This document shows positions 38,587 through 52,100 of a DNA stretch of 64,000 nt, piece by piece (within the stretch, counting starts at the first letter, position 1; every line of letters begins with the position of its first letter). The notes under the pieces were generated by a model. It saw nothing but the letters and a program-made list of their open reading frames with translations, did no database searches and was not told where the DNA came from. The position numbers and the translations under genes were made by a program. This DNA comes from Raja brachyura (taxonomy: Eukaryota): contig OY740783.1 in the NCBI GenBank assembly GCA_963514005.1, forward strand, positions 133,362,001 to 133,426,000, written 5' to 3'.

Positions 38587-38875
38587 TAAAGATAGTCTAA
38601 GGATCTCCAGTGAGGTAGATGGGAGGTCAGGGCCGCTCTATAGTTGGTGAGAGGACAGTTCAGTTGCCTGATGTCCCATCGCTAACCCATTTACCTGCCT
38701 CTGGCCCATATCTCCCCCCCCCCCCCAAAACCTTTCCTATCCGTGCCCCCTGTCTGAGTGTCCTTTACCTGGTGTAATTGTAATCTTGCTGGTCAGTGAC
38801 CACAGGGAACGTGGTGGAGTACACACCACAGTATGTATCAGGAACTTTGTTCCCAGCTGTTAATATCACCCATAA

Positions 38876-39189
38876 AGCCCTGTCCCATGGTACGAGCTCT
38901 CCCGAGTTAAAAAAACCCAAGCTCGTGGTAAGCATGGAGAATCAACGTGGCGGGTACGTCGGAGCTCGGGGACGTCTCTTAGCGGCTCGTAGCGCTAACG
39001 GCAGGTACTCGGGAAGACTCGCTAACGGCAGGTAAGCACGGGAAGACCCGTGAATATTTTTCAACATGATGACAAATGTCCACGAGAGCCCCGAGTACCG
39101 ACGAGTGGCCATTACCGTAAATCTCCGAGTTCGAATCAGGGCAAACTCGGGAGAGATCTTGGAATGAACTCGTACCGTGGGACAGGGCT
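38876..39189. mobile_element. PIF/Harbinger-like MITE
   Basis: AGCCCTGTCCCATGGTACGAG ... CTCGTACCGTGGGACAGGGCT. Confidence 0.72.
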
Positions 39190-39199
39190 ATTAATCTGT

Positions 39200-39930
39200 C
39201 CTGGTTCAAACACATCAACAATATGGCTAAGAAGCCACACCAATGCCTCTACTTCCTAAGGAGACTAAGGTAATTCAGTGTGTCTCCAGTACCTCTTAGA
39301 AACATCGACAGATACACCGTAGTGAGCACACTGTCGGGTTGCATCACAGCCTGGGTTGGGAACAGGAGGATCGCAAGAAATCGCACAGAGTTGTGGATGT
39401 AGCCCAGTCCATCACACAGACCACACTCCCCACCATTGTAGATGTAGCCCAGTCCATCACACAGACCACACTCCCCACCATCGACTCCATCCACACTTCA
39501 CGCTGCCTCGGGAAAGCAGCCAACATGATCAAAGACTTGTCCCTATCCCACCCCGGTCATTCCTTCTTCTCCCCGCCCCCGTCCGGCAGAAAGTACAGAA
39601 GCTTGAAAGCGCGCACCACCAGACTCAGGAACAGCTTCTTCCCCTCTGTTATCAGGCTTCTGAACGGTCCTTCCATAAGCTGGGGTGCTGTCCGATTCAC
39701 CTCTACCCCATTGCGGACATTGGACTTTGTCTGTGGAACTGATGCGCTACAATGCTGAGAACTATATTCTGCACTCTGTATCTTCCCCTTTGCTCTACCT
39801 ATTGGACTGGAGTTTGACTTGGTTGTATTTATGTGTGGAATTATCTGAACTGTTTGGATAGCGTGCAAAGCAAAGTTTGTCGCTGTACCCCAGTACACGT
39901 GACAATAGTAAACTTAAACCTAAACATAAG
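39200..39930 (+). mobile_element. Rex1/Babar-like 3' fragment with its common 3' UTR repeat
   Basis: HPGHSFFSP.PSGRKYRSLKARTTRLRNSFFP motif and an internal 42-bp duplication. Confidence 0.7.
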
Positions 39931-40936
39931 GAACTCTCATATGCTAAGGATGTTTTTCCCAAACTTCTAATCTACCTCAGTGCAACTTAGCTTTTGAGAA
40001 ATGGAGTCGGACAGCAGGGAAACTGGCCCTTCGGCCCAAATTGTCCATGTCAACCAGGTGCCATTCTGAGTTGGCCCATTTGCCCCAGTTCCCTCTAAAC
40101 CTTTCCTATCTGGGTGTAGGAGTCAGCACTAACAAAGTCATTGATGTAACTGAGAACGTGTTGTGGAGTGCTACTGGAGAAGGTTTGGAGCAGGGAGAGT
40201 TTCACAGAGCCATTGTAAAGGCAGAATGAGCTAAGGCTCACACCAGTGCCCATGGTTACACCTTTGATTTGTAGAAAGTGAGAGGAGTCGCTAGAGAAGT
40301 TGTTGGGCTGAGAACAAGTTCTGCTGGGGGGATAAGAGTGCTGGCTGATGGAGAGAGGGGAGCCGGTTGGATCTCTGTTTCAGAAGAAGTTTTAAGACCT
40401 TCCTGACGGCTGATGGAGGTTTTGGTTTGGTAAACAGGCCCCGCAGCCCACGCCGACCAGCGATCAGCTGTTCACACTAATTCTACGTAATCCAACTAGA
40501 CAAATAACCTATAAACCTGCATGTTTTGGAGGTGGGAACCCACAGGGAGAACGTACAAACACCGTTCACGGACAGCATCCAAATTCAAGATGGAACCCGT
40601 GTCACTGGTGCTGTGAGGCAGCGGCTCAACCTCTGCACCAGTGTGCCACCGTACATTCCTGGTGAACATGAGGCGGTGGGAGAATTTGACAATGTCAAAA
40701 TGGTGGAAGGCATGTGAAGTGTCCTGCATCTAGTTGGTATCGATCTGTTGGTATTGCTACTGATCTCTCCAGGTCCCTGAACACTGATGCAATCATAAAG
40801 AAAGCACATCAGCGCCTCTACTTCCTGAGAAGATTACGGAGAGTCGGTATGCCAAGGAGGAAACACTCGAACATCTACAGGTGCACAGTAGAGAGCATGC
40901 TGACCGGTTGCATCGTGGCTTCGTTCGGCAACTTGA

Positions 40937-41235
40937 AGCCCCTGTCCCACTTTCCCGAGTTACTAACAAATTCTCCCGAGTTTTACTCTTGATTCGAACT
41001 CGGAGAATGTACGAAGGAGTCCGTAGATATTTTGTAGCAGCTCGTAATGCCAGCCCTAGGTACCCGGGGCATCAGATAAATCGGGACTTTTTTCAGCATG
41101 TTGAAAAATGTCCACAAGTAAAAACAAAAGAGACCCGAGTACCTACGGCTGGCTATTACCGTAATTCTCCGAGTTTGAATCAAGGGGAAAACTTGGGAGA
41201 ATTTGTGAGTAACTCGGGAAAGTGGGACAGGCCCT
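40937..41235. mobile_element. PIF/Harbinger-like MITE inserted in a Rex1-like fragment (40750-41690)
   Basis: Long TIRs with a 3-bp TGA duplication. Removing it rejoins the host sequence ggcaacttgagcatccagg. Confidence 0.8.
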
Positions 41236-43776
41236 TGAGCATCCAGGAGTGGAAAAGACTGCAGGAAGTTGTAACCACTGCCCAGTCCATCATCGGCACT
41301 GACCTCCCTTCCATCGAAGGGATCTATCCCAGTCGCTGCCTTAAAAAGGTTGGCAGCATCATCAAGGACCCACACCATCCTGGCCACACACTCATCTCTC
41401 CACAGCCATCAGGTAGAAGATACAGGAGCCTGAAGACTGCAACATCCAGGTTCAGGAACAGCTGCTCCCCCACAGCCATCAGACTATTAAACACAACTTC
41501 AAACAAACTCTGAACTATAACAGCCTATTGCACTTTATCTGTTTATTTGTGTGTGTACATATATATTCCATGGTATATGGACACACTGATCTGATCTGTA
41601 TTTATGCCTACAATATTCTGTTGTGCTGCAGCAATGCAAGAATGCCATTGTCCTATCTGGGACACATGACAATAAACTCACTTGACTGGACTTGTATTGA
41701 GTACAGAAGTTGGGACTCGCAACACGTTGGTGAGGCCACATTTGGAGTATTGTGTTCAATTATGGTCTGCCTGATACTGGAAGGATGTCTTCAGCTGGAA
41801 AGAGTGCAGGGAAGATTTACAAGGATGATGTCACGACTTGAGAGCCTGAGGTGTAGAGAAAGGTCGGGCAGGCTAGGACTCTACTCCTTGGAGCACAGGA
41901 GGCTGAGGGGCGATGTTGTAGTGGTGTAAAAAACTATGAGGGGGATATATAGGGAGGATGCACAGTCTTTCACCCAGAGGGGAATCAAGAACCAGAGAGA
42001 GGACATAAGTTTAAGATGAGGGGGGAATGATTTAATAGGAGCCTGAGGACAATGTTTTTACAAAGGGTGCTGGGTGTATGGAACGAGCTGCAAGAGGAAG
42101 TAGTTGAGGCAGGTACTATAACAATATTTAAAAGACATTTAGACAGGTTAATGGATAGGAAATGATTAGAGGGATATGGGCAAAACTAAGACAGGTGCGA
42201 CTATTGTAGTTTAGTTCTAGTTTAGAGATACAGCACGGAAACAGGCCCTTCGGCCCACCGAGTACGCACCGACCAGCGATCCCCGCACATTAACACTACC
42301 CTACACACACTAGGGACAATTTACACATACACCAAGCCAATGAACCTACTTACCTGCACGTCTTTGGAGTGTGGGAGGAAACCGAAGATCTCGGAGAAAA
42401 CCCACGGGGTCACGGGGAGAACGTACAAACTCCGTAAAGACAGCAACCGTAGTCGGGATCGAACCCCGGTCTCTGGCTCTGTGAGGCAGCAACTCTACCG
42501 CTGCGCCACCGTGGTGCACAAGATGGGGCATGTTGGCTGGCGTGGGCAAGTTAGGCCAAAGGGCCTTTTTTTCCGTGCTGTATGAATCTAAATGCACTGA
42601 AGTTGGAGATCACATTGAATGGCGGGACTGACAAAATGGCCTCATTTGGCTTTAATTTCTAAGATCCTTGCACAATAACATGGAGAGATTATCAAGCAGG
42701 GGGCAACGTTATGAATGCAATCATTTGAGTCAGTACAGAGAAGAATTTGAAGTATTATCGGACTTTGGTTCAGCCACATTTAGAGTGCTGCGTACAGGTT
42801 TTGTTGCCCCATTATAGGAAGGATATGAAGGTTAAGCAGTGCAGAAGTTTGCCAGAATGATGCATGGGCGAGCGGTAATTAGCTACAGGGAGAGGTTGGA
42901 CAGACCTGGAGTGTTCTCTCTGGAGCATCAGAGGTTGACGGAGACCTGAAAGTATATAAAATTATGAGAGGCATAGCTGGGACAGAATTTTGTTTTCCCC
43001 CAAATGTGGAAATATCTAAGGCAGAGAGGGAGAGGATGTTGGCTTGACTTGACACCGTCACTGAGATCTCTATTTCCTTCCTGTCCTTCAGCTTGTTACT
43101 GTTTGTGATCTGTCCCACCACAGTGGAATCATCTGCAAACTTGTAGATGAAGTTCGGGCATAGTTTAGCTGCACAGTCCCAAGTCTACAGGGAGGCTAGT
43201 AGCGAGGGCATAGCTTAAAGGAGATGTGCAGGGACAGTTTTATTGCCCAGAGGGCGGTGGGTGCCCGGAACGCACTGCCAGGGGGTGGTTGGTGGAAGCA
43301 TATACGATAGTGCCATTTACAACTTGTAAGTTGTAAACGTCACTTTTAGCAGAATAATGAATTCTGGTTTTTTTTCAAGAATAAACAATCAGAAAAGCCA
43401 CAATAGCATAACCACAATGATTAGACTCAAAACTTTCAGGACATGGGTTTAAAAGGTAGCCTGATGATTCATGTAGTTCTTGTGAAATGCAATCTTGCGT
43501 AATGGCATCATAGCAGATTTAGAATTATTATCTCTAGGGAACGGAGTCGGATACACAGGAAATCGTAGAGTGGGAGACAGTCGAGTGTTTTGGGTATCGA
43601 CTCCACAGCCCTGTTTACAAGGTTTTTAGATAGGCCCATGGATATGGAGGGTTATATGTGGAGACACTAACCCTCTGGGTTAGTTTGATTCAGCATCTTG
43701 TTCGGCACAGACACCGTGTCCCGATGGGCCTGTTCCCCTCAGCATGAAGCAAGGTGCTCTGCGTTTACGAGAATGA

Positions 43777-44008
43777 AGGGCCTGTCCCACTTTCACGACC
43801 TAATTCACGGCCTCTGCCGAGTTTGCCCTTGACTCATACTCGCAGCATGGTCGTCACGAGTGCGTAGTAGGTAACCTGTAGCAGGTCGTAATGCTAGTCG
43901 TAGGTACTCGTGGCATCAAGTAGGTTGAGGCGTTTTTTCTAGCATGATGAAAAATGTCCACGAGTAAAAAAAGGTCGTGAATTCGGTCGAGAAAGTGGGA
44001 CAGGCCCT
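43777..44008. mobile_element. PIF/Harbinger-like MITE
   Basis: AGGGCCTGTCCCACTTTC TIRs at both ends. Confidence 0.78.
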
Positions 44009-47000
44009 TTAATTTCAGTGTCAGAGACACTGACGGCATGGGATCACTTTACTAAAACATTTTTGGACCGAATAGTTGTGATTTATTCCTTCGTGGTCAT
44101 TTCAGCTTGAATATTCTGTGGATGTTCTATACAGCTGTGCATTCAACACTATAATCCCAACCTCGTTCATCACAAAACTCCAGGATCTGGGAATCAGCTC
44201 CATCCTCGGCCACTGGATTCTGGGCTTTCTGACCCACACAGCACAGTCAGTGAGGAGAGGTAACAAAACTCCTCTACGATGATCCTCAATGCCAGTGTCC
44301 TGTAAGGATGCATGCTCATAAGTTCATAAGTTATAGGAGGAGAATTGGGCCATTCGGCACATCGAAGGGCCGAATGGCCTACTCCTGCACCTATTGTCTA
44401 TTGTGTCTACTCCACCATTCAACCATGGCTGATCTATCCTTCCCTCTCAACCCCATCCTCTTGCCCTCTCCCCGTAACCCTTGACACCCTTACCAATAAA
44501 GTTTCTGTCAATCTCCACCTTAAAGATGTTCAAGAAGGAACTGCAGATGTTGGAAAATCGAAGGTAGACAAAAATGCTGGCAGCATCTATGGAACAAAGG
44601 AAATAGGCAACGTTTCAGGCCGAAGAAGGATTCAGTCTGAAGAAGGGTTTCAGCCCGAAACGTTGCCTAATTCCTTCGCTCCATAGATGCTGTCGCATTT
44701 TTGTCTACCTCCGCCGTAAAGATACTCATTGGCGACCACCACAGCCCTCTGTGGCAATGAACTCCGCAGATTCACTACCCTCTGGCTAGAGAAAATTCCT
44801 CCTTATCTCTGTTTCAGAGGTACGACCTTTTTTTTATGATGCTGCGTCCTCTGGTTCTAGACTCTCCCACTAGTGGAAACATCGTCTCCACACCCACTCT
44901 ATCCAGGCCATTCTATGGAATGCCCCGAGATTTTTTAGACAGAGTAGGGGAATTAAAAATCAGAGGACACAGTTTTAAGTGAGGAGAACCAGATGGGCAT
45001 TTTTTTTGTAAAAGAGTGGTGGGTATGTGGAACGAGCTGCTGGAGGAGGTAGTTGAGGCAGGTATTATCACAACGTTTAAAGAAACATTTGGACAAGTAC
45101 CTGGATCGGAAAGATTTAGAGGGATATGGGCCAAACGCGGGCGGATGGGACTAGTGCAGATGGGGCACGGTGCGCGGCATTGGCAGGTCGGGCTGAAGGG
45201 CCTGTTTCCTCTCTCTATACCTAAGGATAGCACACAAACATAGGTTTTCACTGAATCTAGGTACACGAGGCAATCAAATAGCAGAAGCAAAGTTAAGGTG
45301 GACTCAACGTCACATTTACGAAGGAGTTGCCTACGTATTTGCAAAAGAAGAATGAGCAGGATTCCTCTTCGTGCGTTTGAGGCAGTAGAGGTTATGTAAC
45401 GGCCTCCAGGCGCTGTCGCCACTTCAATGTGCTGTTGTCGAGGGCCGTGATGTCTAACCCTCCACCGGGGGGGCTGAGGTGGAGACCTCACCAGCAGAAT
45501 TGAGCGGGAGGCTGACGTGGCTGGATTGCTTTTGCAGCGAGCCAGTACGATCACAATGGGAGGAATGGCCTCTTTCCATGCTGTAATCAATCTGTGATGC
45601 TGTACAGAAACTTTGTTGTTCAGTACCTTTCAACTGATGCCCTGAGACAGCGTTTATAGCAAAGCACCAGGAAGAAGGGTCCCGACCCGGATCGTTCCCT
45701 GCCCATGTTCTTCAGGGATGGCACAGTGAACTGATGGTAGAGTTGCTGCCTCACAGCAGCAGAGACCCGGGTTTGATCCTGACTGTGGGTGCTAACTATA
45801 CAGAGTTTGCACGTTCTCCCTGTGATCGCCTGGGTTTTCTCCGGTTTCCACCCACGTGCAGGTGTGTAGGTTAATTGGCCTGTGTAAATTGTCCCTAGTG
45901 TGTAGGACAGGACTAGTGTGAATGGGTGATTGATGGTCAGGGCAGGGCTTGGTGGGCCAGAAGACCTGATACCATGCTGTATCTCTACACCAAACGGAAC
46001 TAAGATGCGGCCTGATCCACTGAGTTACTCCAGCACTTTGTGTCCATTTTGGTAAACCAGTAACTGCAGGTCCTTGCGTCTAATGTTTAGATTTCCCAAC
46101 GTAGTCATCTTGCTCAGGCCCACAATATCTGTGCTGAACATGATGCCATCCTCTCCCGAAAGCTCAGCCCCTCGAGTCCTGGCAACATCCTGGTAAATCT
46201 TCACTGCTCCCTTTCCAGCTTGGCAACATCTTTCAAATAACATGGTGACAAAACCTGAACACAACACTCTAAATGTGGCCTCACCAACGTCTTGTGCAAC
46301 TGTCACATGATCTCCCACCTTCTACACTCAATACTCAGACTGATGAAGGCCAATGTGCCAAAGAGCCTCTTTGACCAAACTATCTACTTTATATATCACT
46401 TTCAAGGAACTATGTACCTGCATTCCTGGATCCCTCTACTCCACCACATTCCCCAGAGATCTACCCATCACTGTGTAGGTCCTGCCTTTGTCAGTTCTCC
46501 CAAAATGCAACACCTCACATTTCTCCGCATTAAATTCCGTCAACTATTCCTCAGCCCACCCGCCCAACCGATGAAGATCCTGCTGCAATTTCTGACAACC
46601 ATCTTCACAATCCACAATACCACCAATGTTGTGTCATCTATAAACTTGCTAATCGTGCCTTGTACGCTCTCATCCAATATAGACAATAGGTGCAGGTGTA
46701 GGCCATTCGGCCCTTCGAGCCAGAACCGCCATTCAAAGTGATCATGGCTGATCATCCCCAATCAATCCAAATCATTGATATCGATAACAAACAACATTCA
46801 GCTACCTTCCCTATGATCCCATGCGATCTAGCCCTTCCAGAGCAGCCTATTGCTCTGGACTTATTGCACAGGGTTTATTCTTGTGACGTGTACCGAGGTA
46901 CAGTACAAAGTTTTGTTTTGCACGCTATCCAATGGGATCAGATAATACCACACATAAATACAATTAAGGCAAACTCCAGTACAATAGGTAGAGCAAAGGG

Positions 47001-47936
47001 GAAGATACAGAGTGCAGAATATAGTTCTCAGCATTGTAGCACATCAGTTCCAGAGACAAAGTCCAATGTCCGCAATGGGGTAGAGGTGAATCGGACAGTA
47101 CCCTAGCTTATGGAAGGACCATTCAGAAGCCTGATAACAGAGGGGAAGAAGCTGTTCCTGAGTCTGGTGGTGCGCGCTTTCAAGCTTCTGTACCTTCTGC
47201 CGGACGGGAGCGGTTTCAGAGGAGTTTAGTTTAGAGAAACAGGATGTAAACAGGCCATTCGGCCAGCCAAGTGATCACCCATAGACTCTTCTATCCTGCA
47301 CACAAGGGACAAGTTACAGAAGCCAATTAACGTACAAAACCCACGCATCATTGGAGTGTGGGAAGAGACCGGAGCGCCCAGAGGAAGTACGTTGTGGTCA
47401 AGGGGAGAACGTGCAAACTCCGTACCGGCAGCACCCAAGCTCAGGATCAAACCCGGGTCTCTGGCGCTGTAAGGCAGCAACTCTATCATGCCCTAAAGTT
47501 ATTGCAGGAATTACTAACCACAGAGCTACACAACGTTGTTGATGTACTGAGTGAGAGCCTGCTTTAATTTTAGAGATCCAACATGGATACAGGCCCTTCA
47601 GCCCACTAAGTCCATGCTAACCATCGACCAACCGTTCACACTGGTTCAACATTATTCCGCTTTCTCAACCAGTCCCTACAAACCAGGGACAAAATACAGG
47701 GCTAATTAACCCACAAACACACACGTCTTAGGGATGCAGGAGGAAACCGGAGCACCCGGAGAAAACCCAAGCTGTAGCAGGGAAAAGCGCGCATACTTCA
47801 CGCAGAGAGCAACCGAGGTCAGGATTTAACCAGGGTCTGTGAGGCAGTGGCTCTACCCGCTGCACCACCGTGCCACCCTGTTCCTGAGTCCGGTGGCGAC
47901 AACAAGGAGAGAATCAGGTCAAGAGAAAACACTCAC

Positions 47937-47997
47937 TGCAACCGTGGACTGAGACGGAGAGCAGGACGGTGCAGAGACAAATTCGGAGAGAGCACAT
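47937..47997 (-). CDS. Exon 1, signal peptide MCSLRICLCTVLLSVSVHGC
   Basis: ATG in gcgATGT context, hydrophobic core, V-H-G cleavage-type motif, strong donor GCA|gtgagt, phase 1 matching the V1 exon. Confidence 0.8.
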
Positions 47998-48240
47998 CGC
48001 CAACACTTCAGTGTGGTGTCCACCGCACCCACTGCTGTGAGCTCCTTGTCGCTGAAATACAGAAGTCGCTCAAAGTGTTTCTTCATTTCCCTTTAAGCTC
48101 TCAGAAACTAGTTGAGGATTGCAGGAAGTCATTTCGTAGTGGGCTGAGAGAGTCTTTGTATTGTAACCGTGGGAGCCAAATTCAGGGTGCTTATTGAAAA
48201 GGCAAAATGTATATTATATGGCACTGCAATGGGGTTAAAT
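47998..48240 (-). promoter_or_regulatory. Putative 5' UTR/proximal promoter
   Basis: Non-repeat island directly upstream of the ATG. It carries RUNX-like TGTGGT (48012-48017), ETS/IRF-like GGAAATGAAG (minus, 48081-48090) and ETS CAGGAAGT (48122-48129). Confidence 0.4.
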
Positions 48241-49168
48241 AAAGAGTCAAAGGCTCATGCAGCATAGGTAGGTGAGACCGGCACAACTGCAACGTTTAAT
48301 AAGCATTTGGGCAGGTACTTGGATGGGGAAGGTTTAGAGGGATATGGGCCAAATGCAGGCAGGTGGGACTAGTGTAGATGGGAATGTTGGTCAGCATGGG
48401 AAAATTGGGCCGAAGGGCCTGATTCCACACTCTATGATTCTAGTCCCACCTGGCCCTTATCCCGCTAAACATTTCTCATCCATGTAGCAGTCCATGCCTT
48501 TTAGAGTCGTTAGCATACCCGCCTGAACTTCCTTCTCTTGCAGCTCATTCCAACTGTGTGAAAAAGTTGCTCCTGTCGGGGTTCCGATTAAATCTTTCCT
48601 CTCTCAACTTTAATTCTTGATCCTCCTATTCTGGGTAAAAGACTCTGTGCATTCACCCCATCTATTCCCCTCGTCGTAAAATACTCCTCTATAAGATCAC
48701 CTCGCAGGCTCCTGCACTCCAAAGTTTAAAGCCCTAGCCTGCCCAACCCCTCCTTTTAGCTCAGACCCTCGAGTCCCGGCAACATCCTTGTAAATCGTCT
48801 CTGCACTCTTTCTAGCTGAACTACATTGTTCCTGCAGCAGGGTGACCAAAACTGAACACAATACTCCAAATGCAGCCTCACCAACTTCTTACACCAGGCA
48901 GTGAAGAAAGCGAATGGCATGTTGGCCTTTATGACAAGAGGAATCGAATATAGGTGCAAAGAGGTCCTTCTGCAGTTGTACAGGGCCCTAGTGAGACCAC
49001 ACCCGCAGTATTGTGTGCAGTTTTGGTCCCCTAATTTGAGGAAGGACATCCTTGCTATTGAGGGAATGTAGCGTAGGTTTACAAGGTTAATTCCCGGGAT
49101 GGCGGGACTGTCATATGCTGAGAGAATGGAGCAGCTGGGCTTGTACACTCTGGCGTTTAGAAAGATGA

Positions 49169-52100
49169 GAGGGAACTTCCGGTGGCGCAATGGAGGGCTA
49201 GGGAGCAACGCCAGCCAGCTCCTTCAGAAAACGCTGACAAAAAGCTGTGGAGGCACTGGACTTTGCCCAGAAGTCTAAGGATCGAGAGGAAGATTGAATA
49301 TCATCTTTAAAATCGAACAACATCAATGAATAAACTGACTTTGCAGGATTGGATGGAACTAAGGACTTGTCTAAGGAAGCTGGAGAAAGATGCGGATTGG
49401 AAACTCCCATGGATACTAATAACTAGAATAACAGCACTACTAATACAAATAACTAATAAATACTAAAACAATAGCATTACTAATTAGAGTTAATAATTAT
49501 CATCAATGACTAATATTTAATCATAACTGAATTATTTAGAATCAGATAAATATTAATTATAATTGCGCTGAATATAATGTTTGATTTCACTTGTCCTCCT
49601 TGGAACCTTTTGTTTTTATTTTCCTCCCTTTTCCTTTTTTTTTAAATTATATTTTTTAATATGTTTTAAATATATGTATCCTCACATTCCTGATTAATGG
49701 AATCCGAATATTTCAGAATTTAATATCCCCAGTAAGATACTGTTATGGAATAATAATTTTAAGAAACCATGGAGCTGGTTAAGTTTGTAACATCAACTAC
49801 TGAAGTCAGTAGATGGTTAGCCATGTTAGTATGGCTAACACTAACTACACTAATATTAGATGTAGTTTTATCCTTCTTTGTGCACATCACTAACTTCTTA
49901 ATCTATCCCTTTTTTTCTTATACTATAATGTATCATTATTATTTTAAGTTTGAATTGAGTTATAAATTAGATCAAAGGAGATATATACGTGGGAGACATC
50001 CAAGGGTCTTGAAATTCGTCTATTCGGAGTTCGGGTGTAAGGTCGGGCCTGCCGAACTCAACCATTTGCTCTATTATAGACCTCCCTAAACAAAAGATGC
50101 AAGACTTAAAAACGAATACGGGGAATGAAGGAATAACGTTTTGTAGTTGGAACGTTAAAGGCATTAATGAACCAGTTAAGAGAGGTAAAGTATTAGCACA
50201 TTTAAAAGCACTTAAAGTAGATGTAATTGTTATCCAAGAAACACACTTAAAAAAAGATGCAGAGCATAGATTGAAAGCTAAATGGATAGATAAAGCATAT
50301 CATTTTTTTCTTACACATAAATCTAGAGGTGTAGCAATATTATTTCGTAAAGGCACTTTATTTAAACACACATCAACTATAACTGACAGTGACGGTAGAT
50401 ATATTATTGTAATAGGACAATTAAATACACAAAAATTATTTTTGTTAATGTTTACGGACCAAACTTTGACAGCCCATTGTTCTTTAAGAAAATATTTAAT
50501 ACCAGCACAACACAACCTAATAATTGGAGGAGGTTTAAATTGTACCCTAGATTCTTATTTAGACAGATCATCAAGACAACGGAAAATCAAATCGCATTCC
50601 AGTGACTTATTAAATGCATACATAGATACTAGTAATTTAAAGACGTTTGGAGAATAGAAAACCCAACTGGACGAGAATACTCATTTTATTCACCTGTACA
50701 TTAAACGTATTCAAGAATAGATTATTTTTTGGTAGACTCTAAACTTATCTCACTCACTTACAATTCAAAATACCATAATATTACAATCTCAGATCATGCA
50801 CCTTTAACATTTATGATCAAAATAAATGGTAAAATGTAAAAACAGAGACAGTGAAGACTTAACCCACGAATTTTAAAGGACAAAGTAACTCAGGAATACA
50901 TTACAGAACAGATTAAGATTTTCTTTGAAATAAATGATAAGGCAGAAATATCTTCTTACCTATTATGGGAAACTTTTAAAGCATATACCCGTGGAATTAT
51001 GATTTCCTCTCAAGCATTTTATAATAAAGAGAATCGGAGGGAACAAAAGGCATTGGAAAAGGAGATTAAACAATTAGACACAAAGAACGCTGCTAATCCA
51101 ACCATGATAAAACATAATAAAATCACTGCATTGAAATATAAATTAAATAAAATATATTCAGTCCAAGTTGTAAAACTCTATCAATATACTAAACAATTAC
51201 AATTTGAATTCGGAGATAAACCCCAAAAATTATTGGCTCGTCAATTCCGGAATTGGAGGTAGAAAAAATAATCCATAGGATTAAATCATATAATGGCGAA
51301 CCACTAGTACAACCTAAAGATATTAATGAGAGATTTTTGCAATATTATAAAAACATATTCAGTCAAAATGACAGAAAACTGGATAGGAATAGAAGCATTT
51401 AAAAAAAAATCTAATCTAAAAGAGTTGGATTTAGAAAATAGAGAATCACTAAACGCTGAAATAACAGCAAAATAAATCGAAGAATCCATCAGATCATTAA
51501 ACAATGGTAAAACTCCGGGGCCAGATGGTATTGGTTCGGAATTTTATAAAACATTCTATGATCTGATTGTACCATGTTTAAAGACACTTTATGAAGACAT
51601 TTATACCCAACAGAAATTACCAGAAACTTTAAATGAATCTATTATAACACTTATACCTAAAATAGACAAGGATCTGGATGATCCAGGATCATATAGAGCT
51701 ATAGCTCTTTTAAATACTGATCATAAAATATTAACCAAAATACTAGTACAAAGACTAAGCACAGTGATCAATAAATTAATTCACCCGGATCAAACAGGAT
51801 TTATACCAAAACGATACTCCTCATATAACTTGAGACGATTATTCAATATTATATATTCGAAAAGCGGTATTAATAAAGACCTAGTAAGCATTTCATTAGA
51901 TGCGGAGAAGGCCTTTGACAAAGGTGGAATGGTCTTATCTGTTTTCGGTCATGGAAACTTTTAAGTTGGGAGAGAAGTTTATAACATGGGTAAAATTATT
52001 ATATGCGAATCCAACAGCTAGAATACTAACAAATCAAATGTTATCAACTAAATTTGATTTATTCCGAGGCTGTAGACAAGGTTGTCCCTTATCCCCACTA

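Larger units (their letters stand above)
10183..47997 (-). other. Whole gene model: Siglec-15-related V-V-TM-ITIM Ig-superfamily receptor, 8 coding exons, 388 aa
   Basis: Exons 47937-47997, 33752-34144, 24767-25174, 22306-22401, 21549-21588, 20831-20886, 17127-17204, 10378-10412 sum to 1167 nt. All introns are GT-AG, phases run 1,1,1,1,2,1,1, and there is no internal stop. Confidence 0.85.
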
